From: Sphingomonas sp.
GTDB lineage: Bacteria; Pseudomonadota; Alphaproteobacteria; Sphingomonadales; Sphingomonadaceae
Direction: 5' to 3'
DNA: 64,000 bases
NCBI RefSeq assembly: GCF_004799495.1
Contig: NZ_SSMY01000008.1
Coordinates: 215,690 to 279,689, forward strand
Part shown: in pieces, positions 1 to 8,703 of the stretch
How positions within the stretch are numbered: the first letter of the stretch is position 1
Layout of the letters: every line of letters starts with the position of its first letter
Position numbers and translations under genes: made by a program
Notes under the pieces: generated by a model
Database searches by the model: none
What the model saw: the letters and a program-made list of their open reading frames with translations, nothing else
Told to the model about the DNA's origin: nothing

Positions 1-867
1 CTCATTCTGTACAAGACGTTCCGCGACCGGAACATCGAATATTCGCGCAACCTGGGGCTGTCGACGCTGTTCCTGGTCGCGGTGTTCGTGTTCCTGCCGC
101 GGATCGTGTTCGGGTCGGCTTATGCCGACATGCGGCTGGCGCCGTTCATGGTGGCGATCGCGCTGATCTCGGTCCGCCCGCGCCCCTTGCCCGGCGATAC
201 GAGGGACCTCGCGCTGCGCCATCCCGAGTTGAGCGAGGACCGTCTCCAGCATCTGCTTGCGACGCGGCGGCGGCGGACGATGGCGCGGTTCGCGGCACTC
301 GGGCTTGCGTTCGTGCTGGTGCGCACCGCGGGGACGACGATCAGCTATGTGATGTTCGACCACCGCTACGACCGTGAACTGACGGCGCTCGACCATGTGC
401 CCGTGGGCGCGCGGCTGGTGACCTTCGTCGGCGTCGACAATTGCAACCGCAACTGGACGATGAACCGGATGGAGCACATGCCCGCGCTCGCGCTCGAACG
501 GCGCTGGGCGTACACCAACGACCAATGGTCGATGGCCGGCGCGCAGTTGCTGACGACCAGATACCAGCCTGCGCTCGGCTTCGCGCACGACCCGTCGCAG
601 ATCGTCACCAGCTCGCAATGCCCGGGAGAGCTGTGGCGGCCGATCGACCGCAGTCTGGCGTTCTTCCCGCGCGCCGCGTTCGATTATGTCTGGCTGATCA
701 ACCCGCCGCCCTATCACCTCAAATATACGAGCGACCTGACCCCGATCTGGCGCAACGGCACCAGCGTTCTGTACAAGGTCGAGCATGTCGACGTCGCTCC
801 GCCGGCCAAGCGCACCGACTTCCCGCGGCCGGCGCCGTGCGTCCGCTTGAGCGGACCAAAATGCTAG
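1..867 (+). CDS. Membrane protein, 5'-truncated (possible glycosyltransferase-like polytopic protein)
   Basis: Frame +1 is open from base 1 (LILYKTFRDRNIEYSRNLGLSTLFLVAVF...). Hydrophobic segments are followed by a soluble C-terminal domain; stop TAG at 865-867. Confidence 0.7.
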   Translation, partial: LILYKTFRDRNIEYSRNLGLSTLFLVAVFVFLPRIVFGSAYADMRLAPFMVAIALISVRPRPLPGDTRDLALRHPELSEDRLQHLLATRRRRTMARFAALGLAFVLVRTAGTTISYVMFDHRYDRELTALDHVPVGARLVTFVGVDNCNRNWTMNRMEHMPALALERRWAYTNDQWSMAGAQLLTTRYQPALGFAHDPSQIVTSSQCPGELWRPIDRSLAFFPRAAFDYVWLINPPPYHLKYTSDLTPIWRNGTSVLYKVEHVDVAPPAKRTDFPRPAPCVRLSGPKC

Positions 868-2003
868 CCGCCGCGTTTGAACGGCGTCAGCGCGCTCAGA
901 TAGTGCTGGTCGTTTTCCACCCCCAGCGCCTCGCGCGCGAGGAAGTCGGCGATCGCGCGGCGGAAATTGCGGTCGGGGATGTAATGCGCCGACCAGGTCG
1001 GGACGGGCACGTAACCGCGCGCGAGCTTGTGCTCGCCCTGCGCGCCCGCCTCGACCGTCGCCAGCCCGCGCATGATCGCGGCGTCGATCGCCTGGTAATA
1101 GCACAGCTCAAAATGGAGGAACGGGACGTCCTCGGTGCAGCCCCAGTAGCGGCCATAGAGCGTGTCGGCGCCGATCAGGTTGAGCGCGCCCGCGATCGGA
1201 CGGCCGTCACGTTCCGCGAGGATCAGGAGCGTCTGGTCCGCCATCCGCTCGCCGAGCAGCGAGAAGAACGCGCGCGTCAGGTACGGATGGCCCCACTTCC
1301 GGCTGCCGGTGTCCTGGTAGAATATCCAGAACGCGTCCCACGCCGCCTCGGTCAGATCGGCGCCGGTCAGGTGGCGGATCGTCAGGCCTTCGACCGCCTT
1401 CGCGCGCTCGTGCCGAATCGCCTTGCGCTTGCGGCTGGACAGGCGGCTGAGGAAATCGTCGAAGGACGCATAATCGTCATTGTGCCAGTGGAATTGCGTG
1501 CCCGTGCGGATCAGCCAGCCCGCTGCCTCGAATAGCGGCACCTGGTCGGGCGCGATGAAGGTCGCGTGCGCCGACGACAGGCCGTTCTGGTCGGCCACCG
1601 CCTCCAGCGCGCCGATCAGCGCGGGGGCGAGTTCGAGGTCGCGTAACAGCAAGCGAGGCCCGGGCGCGGGAGTGAACGGCGCTGCCACCTGCAACTTGGG
1701 ATAATAATTGCCCCCGGCGCGCTCCCACGCATCGGCCCAGGCGTGGTCGAAGACATATTCGCCCTGGCTGTGGCTCTTGGCATAGGCCGGGGCAACCGCG
1801 CCGGGGCGGCCGTCGGCGCCGTCGACGATCACCGGCAGCGGCTGCCACCCCGTGCCGCGCCCGACGCTCCCCGATTCCTCGAGGATCGACAGGAAGGCGT
1901 GGCCGACGAACGGATTGTCGCGACCCGCGCACGCATCCCAATCGGCGGCTGCAAGTCCGGCGACGCCGTCGGCGATGCGGGCGGTGATCGGGCCGGAAGT
2001 CAC
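864..2003 (-). CDS. GNAT/FemAB-like protein (DUF482 / peptidoglycan-synthesis-recognition family)
   Basis: 379 aa; motifs HSQGEYVFDHAWA, YYPKLQ..PFTP, YGRYWG, HFELCYYQAI, AGAQGEHKLARGY. Confidence 0.9.
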   Translation of the reverse strand: MTSGPITARIADGVAGLAAADWDACAGRDNPFVGHAFLSILEESGSVGRGTGWQPLPVIVDGADGRPGAVAPAYAKSHSQGEYVFDHAWADAWERAGGNYYPKLQVAAPFTPAPGPRLLLRDLELAPALIGALEAVADQNGLSSAHATFIAPDQVPLFEAAGWLIRTGTQFHWHNDDYASFDDFLSRLSSRKRKAIRHERAKAVEGLTIRHLTGADLTEAAWDAFWIFYQDTGSRKWGHPYLTRAFFSLLGERMADQTLLILAERDGRPIAGALNLIGADTLYGRYWGCTEDVPFLHFELCYYQAIDAAIMRGLATVEAGAQGEHKLARGYVPVPTWSAHYIPDRNFRRAIADFLAREALGVENDQHYLSALTPFKRGG

Positions 2004-2019
2004 TGGACCCTAGATAGGG

Positions 2020-2487
2020 TCAGGCGGAAAGCTTCACCACCGCATCGACCTCGACCGCCGCGCCACGCGGCAGCGCGGCGACGCCGACCGCACTGCGGGC
2101 GTGCTTCCCCGCATCGCCGAACAACGCTTCCATCAGGTTCGACGCGCCGTTGGCGACTTCGGGCTGGTCGGTGAAATCGGGAGCCGAATTGACGAACACG
2201 CCGAGCTTCACGATTCGCTCGACCCGGCTGAGGTCGCCGCCCAGCGCCGCCTTGATCTGCGCGACCAGCATCAGCCCGCACAGTTCGGCGGCTTCCTGCC
2301 CCGCGACCTTGTCGACGTCGTCGCCCAGCCGCCCGGTCACGACCTTGCCGTCGCGGAACGGCAATTGTCCGGAAACGTGGAGCAGCCCGCCGGCGTCGAC
2401 CGTGGGGACGTACGATGCCACGGGCGCGGCGGCGGTGGGCAGGCTCAAGCCCATTTCCTCGAGCTTGCGGTCGATACGGTCGGTCAT
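2020..2487 (-). CDS. RidA/YjgF family protein
   Basis: MTDRIDRKLEEMG start overlaps the upstream stop; VSGQLP, HARSAVGVAALPRGAAVEVD. Confidence 0.9.
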   Translation of the reverse strand: MTDRIDRKLEEMGLSLPTAAAPVASYVPTVDAGGLLHVSGQLPFRDGKVVTGRLGDDVDKVAGQEAAELCGLMLVAQIKAALGGDLSRVERIVKLGVFVNSAPDFTDQPEVANGASNLMEALFGDAGKHARSAVGVAALPRGAAVEVDAVVKLSA

Positions 2488-3128
2488 GCGGATACTCCCT
2501 GTACGTTTTCGGCGGGTCCCTTGGCGGAAAACCGCTGGATGATCCAGTCGCGCGCATCCGCCCAATCGTCGATCCGCGCATGTGCGAACGGCGCCGGCGG
2601 GACAGTTGGCGCCATCGCCGGCTCGGCGATCAGCTGGAGGCGATGCACCTCGGGCGCATGGCGCGCCACCGATTCGTGGTGATGCGCCAGATCGTCGACG
2701 AACACCGTGACCGGGTCGCCATATTCGGCGACGAGCGCCGCGACGGGGCCGCCCTTGCCCCCCTGATTGGTTTCGACGCGGTGGTTGATACCATGCTTGG
2801 CGAGCTGTGCGATGCGATGGTCACGGCAATGATCGCCGAGGTTGGTGAGGATGACGATGTCGGCGGTTTCGCTCAACGCGGCGAGCGCCTCGGCCGCGCC
2901 GGGCACGAGAGTCTGCCGCTCCATTTCGGCGGGGAAGAACTCGTTGAGCATCCCCCACATCGCCTCGCGCTCGACCGGCGAGCCGTCGGCGCGAGTCATC
3001 GAATTGGCGAAATCGCCGCCGTCCGGCGCGAAGCTCACGTCGTGCCGCTCGCGCAGCCACACGCCGAAGTGCCGCACCATGTGGAGCAGCACCTCGTCGC
3101 AATCGCAGATCAGGAGCGGGCGAGTCAT
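2484..3128 (-). CDS. HAD-superfamily hydrolase
   Basis: Motif I DCDEVL and motif IV FVDDL; 4-nt overlaps with both neighbours. Confidence 0.8.
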   Translation of the reverse strand: MTRPLLICDCDEVLLHMVRHFGVWLRERHDVSFAPDGGDFANSMTRADGSPVEREAMWGMLNEFFPAEMERQTLVPGAAEALAALSETADIVILTNLGDHCRDHRIAQLAKHGINHRVETNQGGKGGPVAALVAEYGDPVTVFVDDLAHHHESVARHAPEVHRLQLIAEPAMAPTVPPAPFAHARIDDWADARDWIIQRFSAKGPAENVQGVSA

Positions 3129-3394
3129 GCGTCGAGACTCCGGTGTGCTGCGACCAGCGCCTCCGGCCTAACGCCCAGCCCTGCGGCGCAGGCGACGAGG
3201 TCGGGCTCGTGGTTCTCCAGAAAGCCGAACACCGCCGACAGGGTCGCGGGGTCGCTTGCCGACACCTTGAGCTCGGCCGGGGTCAGCCCGGTCACGTCGA
3301 GCAACCGCGCCGCGCGCGCGGGCTCGGCCAGCGTCCAGGCGAGGGCCTGGAGCGCGAGGAGGGCGGGATCGTGGCTGGTGTCTGGCGCGGGCAT
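3125..3394 (-). CDS. DUF3572 family protein
   Basis: 89 aa, ALQALAWTLAE...RLLDVTGLTP...VFGFLENHEPDL; typical divergent neighbour of divK. Confidence 0.8.
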   Translation of the reverse strand: MPAPDTSHDPALLALQALAWTLAEPARAARLLDVTGLTPAELKVSASDPATLSAVFGFLENHEPDLVACAAGLGVRPEALVAAHRSLDA

Positions 3395-3409
3395 CGCTAT
3401 CGTGGGGAC

Positions 3410-3790
3410 ATGGAGAACGAACTCCCCGTGGCAAAGCGCGTGCTGGTTGTCGAGGACAACGAGCTCAACCTGAAGCTGTTTTGCGACCTGTTGCGCGCCC
3501 ACGACTTCGCGACCGAGCCGGTCCGCGACGGGCGCGAGGCGGTGGAGAAGGCGCGAGCGTTCGCGCCGGACCTGATCGTGATGGACATCCAGTTGCCGCA
3601 CGTTAGCGGGCTCGAGCTGATCGAGCAGATCAAGCGGGACGCCGAATTGCAGGCGACGCCGATCATGGCGGTGACCGCCTATGCGGGGCGTGAGGACGAG
3701 GACCGCATTCGCGCGGCGGGGGCCGATGCCTATGTGTCGAAACCGATTTCGGTCGCGCGATTCGTAGGGGAGGTCAGCGCGCTGCTCTAA
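3410..3790 (+). CDS. divK: Single-domain response regulator, DivK-like
   Basis: VLVVEDNELNLKLF, DLIVMDIQLPHVSG, AVTAYA, YVSKPIS; context between DUF3572 and rpmG. Confidence 0.8.
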   Translation: MENELPVAKRVLVVEDNELNLKLFCDLLRAHDFATEPVRDGREAVEKARAFAPDLIVMDIQLPHVSGLELIEQIKRDAELQATPIMAVTAYAGREDEDRIRAAGADAYVSKPISVARFVGEVSALL

Positions 3791-3923
3791 TTCCCTCTCC
3801 CGTCGGGAGAGGGAAGGAGACGCGCGAAGCGCGGCGGAAGGATGAGGGCCGGTCGAAACGCTTTCGACCCTGCCCTCATCCCGCGTCGCTTCGCGACTTG
3901 CCCCTCTCCCGGCGGGAGAGGGG
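3791..3923. repeat. REP-like multi-hairpin palindromic element
   Basis: Terminal hairpins TTCCCTCTCCC-gtc-GGGAGAGGGAA (3791-3815) and CCCCTCTCCC-ggc-GGGAGAGGGG (3901-3923) flank nested stems GCGAAGC/GCTTCGC, GGATGAGGGC/GCCCTCATCC and GGTCGAAA/TTTCGACC. Confidence 0.85.
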
Positions 3924-3958
3924 AAAAGGAAAAGGCCGCGAGGGTTGCCCCTGCGGCC
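3924..3958 (-). terminator. Intrinsic terminator of rpmG
   Basis: On the minus strand: GGCCGC-AGGG-gcaa-CCCT-c-GCGGCC followed by TTTTCCTTTT. Confidence 0.75.
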
Positions 3959-4014
3959 CGAAATCACGCTTTCGCCGAGATGACGTGACGGCAGCCTGAC
4001 GGCCGCCCGCTACG

Positions 4015-4182
4015 TTACTTAATTTTGGCTTCCTTGAACTCGACGTGCTTGCGCGCGACGGGATCGTACTTGCGGAACGACAGCTTCTCGGTCTGCGTGC
4101 GCGGGTTCTTCTTCGTGACGTAGAAGAAGCCGGTGTCGGCCGAGCTGACGAGCTTGATCTTGACGGTGGTCGGCTTTGCCAT
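4015..4182 (-). CDS. rpmG: 50S ribosomal protein L33
   Basis: Translated by hand: [55 protein letters not shown] (Cys-free form). Not in this frame in the ORF track. Confidence 0.97.
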   Translation of the reverse strand: MAKPTTVKIKLVSSADTGFFYVTKKNPRTQTEKLSFRKYDPVARKHVEFKEAKIK

Positions 4183-4292
4183 GACCCAATTCCTGTAAAT
4201 TGAAATGCAAAAGCGGCGGAAACGCGCCGCCGCTTGTCAGGGGCGGGCCAATGGCGGAGCGAGCCATATTTGTCAAGCGCGAGGCGCTTGAC

Positions 4293-4377
4293 GGCGGTGC
4301 CGGCCCACGCCCCCACCCGGCCGCCCATTCCAGGATACCTTGTGGGCGGCCGGGTGGGGGCGTGGGCCCGCACCGCC
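4293..4377. repeat. 85-bp near-perfect palindrome (MITE/REP-like)
   Basis: 35-bp arms at 4293-4327 and 4343-4377 with one mismatch, 15-nt loop; abuts a second hairpin GTCAAGCGC-gag-GCGCTTGAC (4272-4292). Confidence 0.85.
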
Positions 4378-4441
4378 CGTCGCCGAGAGGCGACCAGACA
4401 AGCCACCTGCCGCGGCGTCATCGTCCCGACGCGAAATGCCC

Positions 4442-4457
4442 TTAACGCTTCGTTTAC
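4442..4457 (+). promoter_or_regulatory. CtrA-like box
   Basis: TTAA-cgcttcg-TTTAC; one mismatch to TTAA-N7-TTAAC, 45 bp upstream of the CDS at 4502. Confidence 0.55.
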
Positions 4458-4501
4458 CGTTCGGGGCGCAGGCTCCACCATTCCCAACAGGAGTTCGGGC
4501 G

Positions 4502-4804
4502 ATGGGGGTTCAGGAACACGATCTCGCGGCGGCGTGCGCGAAGCTCAATGTGATGGCGGAGCGTGCCCGGCCGGCCGACCTGGCGGGCGCGGTCGACGCG
4601 ATCCGCGGCATCGCGCAGGCCGAGGGGCGCTTGCCCGTCGTCGCCGTAGCGCGCGCGATCGAAGCGGCGCTGGCGCGCGGCGAACGCGGGGTGGTCATCA
4701 ACGGCTGGATCGCGATGCTCGGCGAAGCGGTCGGCTGCGGGCGCAGCGACGCCGATTGCACGAGCGTGTATCTCGCGGCGGGCGCGGTGCGGCTCGCCGG
4801 CTGA
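4502..4804 (+). CDS. Small helical protein, Hpt-like but lacking the phosphoacceptor His
   Basis: 100 aa; DAIRGIAQAEGRLPVVAVARAIEAAL aligns by eye to the Hpt pattern HxLKGxAxxxGxxxLxxxCxxLE; TGATG coupling to the next gene. Confidence 0.65.
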   Translation: MGVQEHDLAAACAKLNVMAERARPADLAGAVDAIRGIAQAEGRLPVVAVARAIEAALARGERGVVINGWIAMLGEAVGCGRSDADCTSVYLAAGAVRLAG

Positions 4805-5361
4805 TGGATTCGTTGATGGCGGCGCTGGTCGCGGCGCTGCTGATCCGGGCGACCGACAATTCCACCGACATCACGGCGATCGTCGCCGAACGCTCCAAGC
4901 GCACCGGCACGGTCATGCTCGGCGCGTTGCTGGCGTTGATCGTCACGCAGAGCGTCGCGGCGATCTCCGGTTTCCTCGTCGCGCCGCACCTGACGATCAA
5001 CGCGGCACGGCTGCTCTTCGCTTTCTCGCTGCTGATGGCGGGCGGCGGGGCAGTGTGGCCACGCAAACCGGTCAAGGTCGATAACCCGGGCAACCCGTTC
5101 GTCGCGATCACGAGCAAGCTGATCGCCACCGGCCTCGGCGACCGCACGATGTTCGCGACCTTCGCGGTGGCGGCGGGGGGCGTGCCGGCGCTGGCCGGAG
5201 TGGGCGGGTTCATCGGCAGCTTCGTCGTGCTGACGGCAGCGGCGGTCGCGGGCGAGATGCTATGGCGCGATCGCCCGCGCCGCGCGATCGACTGGACGAT
5301 CGGCGGCGTATTGCTGATCGCCGGCGCATGGTTGACCGTGTCGGCGCTGCGGTTGATTTGA
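4804..5361 (+). CDS. TMEM165/GDT1 (UPF0016)-like membrane protein
   Basis: About 6 TM helices; degenerate repeats RATDNS and GLGDRT of the ExGD(K/R)T motif. Confidence 0.7.
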   Translation: MDSLMAALVAALLIRATDNSTDITAIVAERSKRTGTVMLGALLALIVTQSVAAISGFLVAPHLTINAARLLFAFSLLMAGGGAVWPRKPVKVDNPGNPFVAITSKLIATGLGDRTMFATFAVAAGGVPALAGVGGFIGSFVVLTAAAVAGEMLWRDRPRRAIDWTIGGVLLIAGAWLTVSALRLI

Positions 5362-5386
5362 GTTTGATCCGCTCACGCGGCCGATC

Positions 5387-6202
5387 CTAAGGCCCGAGCG
5401 TCAACAGCCACAGGTCTGGCGGCACACCCAGCCGCACCGGCGGCCCGCTGGTGCCGAGCCCGGCGGTCACGACGACGGTGCGCGTGCCCTCACGGATGAT
5501 CCCGCAGCGATAGCGCCTTTCGTACGGCTGCCGCCCCGGCGACCAGCCGAGGATGCGCACTTGCCCGCAATGCGTGTGCCCGGCGAGCAGCACGCTGCCG
5601 TTGGGAAGGCGCGGCACGATGCTCGGCGAGTGTGTCAGGAACACGCGGCCGCCGATCAGCGGAGCCATTGCGGCGATCGTCGCGGGCAAGTTCGCATGCC
5701 GCGAGAAACGATCGCCGACCACCCCGATCGCCAGCGGCCCGCGCACGATCGCCTGGTTCTGGAGCACCGTGATCCCCGCGCGGCGGAACTCGGCGCGCAC
5801 CGCCGCCGGCCCCGTCCAATTGTCGTGGTTGCCGAGCATCGCCACCACGCCGAGCGGCGCCTTCAACCCGGACAGCGGCGCGACCAGCGCCGAACCGATC
5901 GCCGCCGCGCTGTTAGGCGCGTTGCCGTTGATCATGTCGCCCGCGATGAACACGATATCGGGCCGGAGCGCATCGATCTGCGCGACGATCCGCGTCAGCC
6001 GCTCGGCGTCCATCGCGTGGCTGCCGATGTGGATGTCGCTGATCAGCACCGCGCGCACCGGCTTCGCGCCCGCCGGCCAGCCGGGCAGCGAAAGCGTCGC
6101 GGTGCGCACCACCGGATCGCGCCGCGCTTCCGCCAGCGCGTACAGGAGGACGCCGACGCCGAGCAGGGCAAGGGCGAACACGGCGATCAGCAGTTTGCGC
6201 AT
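5387..6202 (-). CDS. Metallophosphoesterase (YkuE-like)
   Basis: SDIH, GDMI, GNHD, THSP, GHTH motifs; N-terminal membrane anchor. Confidence 0.9.
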   Translation of the reverse strand: MRKLLIAVFALALLGVGVLLYALAEARRDPVVRTATLSLPGWPAGAKPVRAVLISDIHIGSHAMDAERLTRIVAQIDALRPDIVFIAGDMINGNAPNSAAAIGSALVAPLSGLKAPLGVVAMLGNHDNWTGPAAVRAEFRRAGITVLQNQAIVRGPLAIGVVGDRFSRHANLPATIAAMAPLIGGRVFLTHSPSIVPRLPNGSVLLAGHTHCGQVRILGWSPGRQPYERRYRCGIIREGTRTVVVTAGLGTSGPPVRLGVPPDLWLLTLGP

Positions 6203-6233
6203 CGCCCGACGGTAGCGTGCCGCGATGGCTGGC

Positions 6234-6259
6234 GGAACTCCCCCGGAGCGCCCAAGTTG
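6234..6259 (+). promoter_or_regulatory. EcfG (general stress response)-type promoter
   Basis: GGAAC(6234-6238)-N17-GTTG(6256-6259) just upstream of the ligase ATG at 6268. Confidence 0.6.
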
Positions 6260-6267
6260 AGAAGGCC

Positions 6268-7839
6268 ATGCACGCCTTCGCGCAGCTCCTCGATTCGCTG
6301 ATCTACACGCGATCGCGCAACGCCAAGCTCAAGCTGATCGGCGATTATCTCAAAAGCACGCCCGATCCCGACCGCGGCTGGGCGATGGCGGCGCTGACCG
6401 GCGATCTCGATCTGCCCGCGGTGAAGCCGGCCGTGATCCGCGGGCTGATCGAGGCGCGGGTCGATCCTGTGCTGTTCCGCATGAGCCGCGATTATGTCGG
6501 CGATACCGCGGAGACGATCGCCTTGCTATGGCCGGGCGCCGACGATGGCGCGGGCGAGCCCCTATCGGTGGCGACCGTGGTCGATACGCTCAACAGCCTG
6601 TCGCGGTCGGACGCGCCCGCCGCGCTTGCCGGCATGCTCGACCGGATGGATGCCGAGGAACGATTCGCCTTGCTCAAGATGGCGACGGGGGCTTTGCGCA
6701 TCGGCGTGTCGGCGCGGCTCGCCAAGACCGCGCTCGCCAATGCGTTCGGGGTCGAGGTCGATGGCGTCGAGGAGGTGTGGCACGCGATCCGCCCGCCCTA
6801 CGCCGAGCTGTTCGACTGGGTCGAGGGCCGCGGGGAGCAGCCGACCGCCGCCGACGTGCCGGTGTTCCGCCCGTTCATGCTCGCGCACCCGCTCGAGGAA
6901 TTGCGCGTCGACCTCAAGGACTATGCCGCCGAGTGGAAGTGGGACGGCATCCGCGTGCAATTGGTGCACGTGGCCGGCGAGACCCGGCTCTACAGCCGCG
7001 CGGGCGACGACATCACCGGCAGCTTCCCCGACGTGGCGAGCGCGTTCGCGACACCCGGCGTGCTCGACGGCGAGCTGATGGTGAAGGGTGAGTTTCAGGG
7101 TGGTGAGGCGGCAAGCTTCAATGCCTTGCAACAGCGGCTCGGGCGCAAGGTCGTGTCGGGCAAGATGCTCGACGACTATCCGGCGTTCGTCCGGCTCTAC
7201 GACATATTGTTCGACGGCGCGGAGGATCTGCGCCCGCTGCCCTGGACCGAGCGGCGCGCTCGGCTGGAAGCGTTCGCTCAGCAACTCGACCCCGACCGGT
7301 TCGACGTCAGCGCATTGATCGACGCCGCGGATTTCGACACGCTGGAGGAAATCCGCGCCGGCGCGCGCGATGCGGCGATCGAGGGCGTCATGCTCAAGCG
7401 CCGCGATTCGGATTACGTCGCCGGCAGGCGCACCGGTCTATGGTACAAATGGAAGCGCGACCCGCTCACCGCCGATTGCGTGATGATGTACGCGCAGCGC
7501 GGCAACGGACGGCGCTCGTCCTATTACAGCGATTACACCTTCGGCTGCTGGACCGACGACGGCGAGCTGCTCCCGGTGGGCAAGGCCTATTCGGGAATCA
7601 CCGACGACGAATTGAAGATGCTCGACGGCTTCGTGCGCAACCATACGCTCAATCGCTTCGGGCCAGTGCGCGAGGTCGAGAAAACGCTGGTGCTCGAAGT
7701 CGCGTTCGATTCGATCCACGAATCGAAGCGCCACAAATCGGGGGTCGCGATGCGCTTTCCCCGAATCCACCGCATCCGCACCGACAAGCCGGCGGCGGAG
7801 GCCGACCGGCTCGAGACGCTCAAGCGCATGGTGACGTGA
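6268..7839 (+). CDS. ATP-dependent DNA ligase (ligase-associated DNA damage response type)
   Basis: Motif I EWKWDGIR, III LDGEL, IV EGVMLK, V WYKWK, VI RFPRIHRIRTDK; start refined to MHAFAQLLD. Confidence 0.93.
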   Translation: MHAFAQLLDSLIYTRSRNAKLKLIGDYLKSTPDPDRGWAMAALTGDLDLPAVKPAVIRGLIEARVDPVLFRMSRDYVGDTAETIALLWPGADDGAGEPLSVATVVDTLNSLSRSDAPAALAGMLDRMDAEERFALLKMATGALRIGVSARLAKTALANAFGVEVDGVEEVWHAIRPPYAELFDWVEGRGEQPTAADVPVFRPFMLAHPLEELRVDLKDYAAEWKWDGIRVQLVHVAGETRLYSRAGDDITGSFPDVASAFATPGVLDGELMVKGEFQGGEAASFNALQQRLGRKVVSGKMLDDYPAFVRLYDILFDGAEDLRPLPWTERRARLEAFAQQLDPDRFDVSALIDAADFDTLEEIRAGARDAAIEGVMLKRRDSDYVAGRRTGLWYKWKRDPLTADCVMMYAQRGNGRRSSYYSDYTFGCWTDDGELLPVGKAYSGITDDELKMLDGFVRNHTLNRFGPVREVEKTLVLEVAFDSIHESKRHKSGVAMRFPRIHRIRTDKPAAEADRLETLKRMVT

Positions 7840-7872
7840 CAGCGTGAACGCGACACCCTAGCGGCGTTTGAC

Positions 7873-8703
7873 GTGACCCCCGCCACCCTCGCTCCATTGC
7901 TGATGATTGCCTCGGGCTCGATCCACGCGGTGGTCAACGCGATCATCAAGGGCGGCAGGAGCAAGATGGCGTCGCGCGCCGCGACCGACGGGTCGAGCGC
8001 GGTGATCTTGTTGCCGGCGGCGTTGCTGGTGCCGTGGCCGACCGGCGCGTGGGGCTGGCTCGCGGCGAGCGCGGTCGTTCACCTGCTCTATCTCTACGCG
8101 ATGATCCGCACCTACGAGGCGGCGGATTTCTCCGCCGCCTATCCGGCGATGCGCGGGACCGCGCCGCTCCTCACCGCGGCGATCAGCGTGGCGGTGTTCG
8201 GCGAGCATCTCGCGCTGCCGGTGGCGGCGGGAATTGCGCTGATCGGCGCGGCGCTATTCGCGCTCGTGTTCCACCGCCATCTCGGCCGCCAGGCGCTCGG
8301 CTGGGCGGTGACGACGGGGAGCACGACCGCGCTCTATACCGTCGCCGATGCACATGGCGTCCGCGCCGCGCCCTCGCCCTTCGCCTATATCGTGTGGGAT
8401 TTCGTACTGATCGGGATCGAGAGCGTGGCGATCTTCGCGGTCGCGACGAGGGGCCGCGTGTTCGCCGATATGCGCGCGGCGTGGCGGCCATGTGTCATCG
8501 CGGGGGCGCTGTCGATCGTGACCTATGGCCTAGCGCTCTACGCGCTGTCGCTCGGCCCGACCGCGCCGCTCGCCGCGTTGCGCGAAACGGGGATGGTCAC
8601 CGCGCTGATCATCGCCGTCGTTTTCCTGAAGGAGCGCGCGACCGCCAGCCGCATATTCGCGGTGCTCGGCATTCTGGCCGGGGCAGCGTTGATCCTCAGC
8701 TAG
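7873..8703 (+). CDS. DMT/EamA family transporter
   Basis: About 10 TM helices; ADFSAAYPAMRG and AALRETG..A...LKE motifs. Confidence 0.85.
   Translation: MTPATLAPLLMIASGSIHAVVNAIIKGGRSKMASRAATDGSSAVILLPAALLVPWPTGAWGWLAASAVVHLLYLYAMIRTYEAADFSAAYPAMRGTAPLLTAAISVAVFGEHLALPVAAGIALIGAALFALVFHRHLGRQALGWAVTTGSTTALYTVADAHGVRAAPSPFAYIVWDFVLIGIESVAIFAVATRGRVFADMRAAWRPCVIAGALSIVTYGLALYALSLGPTAPLAALRETGMVTALIIAVVFLKERATASRIFAVLGILAGAALILS

Noticed and set aside
175-280. Charged loop in the first membrane protein as another palindromic insertion
   Set aside because: No inverted repeat in the DNA and no homologue alignment available.
3395-3967. 280-aa extension of the DUF3572 ORF
   Set aside because: It reads through the palindromic element and antisense divK; the real domain starts at about 3394.
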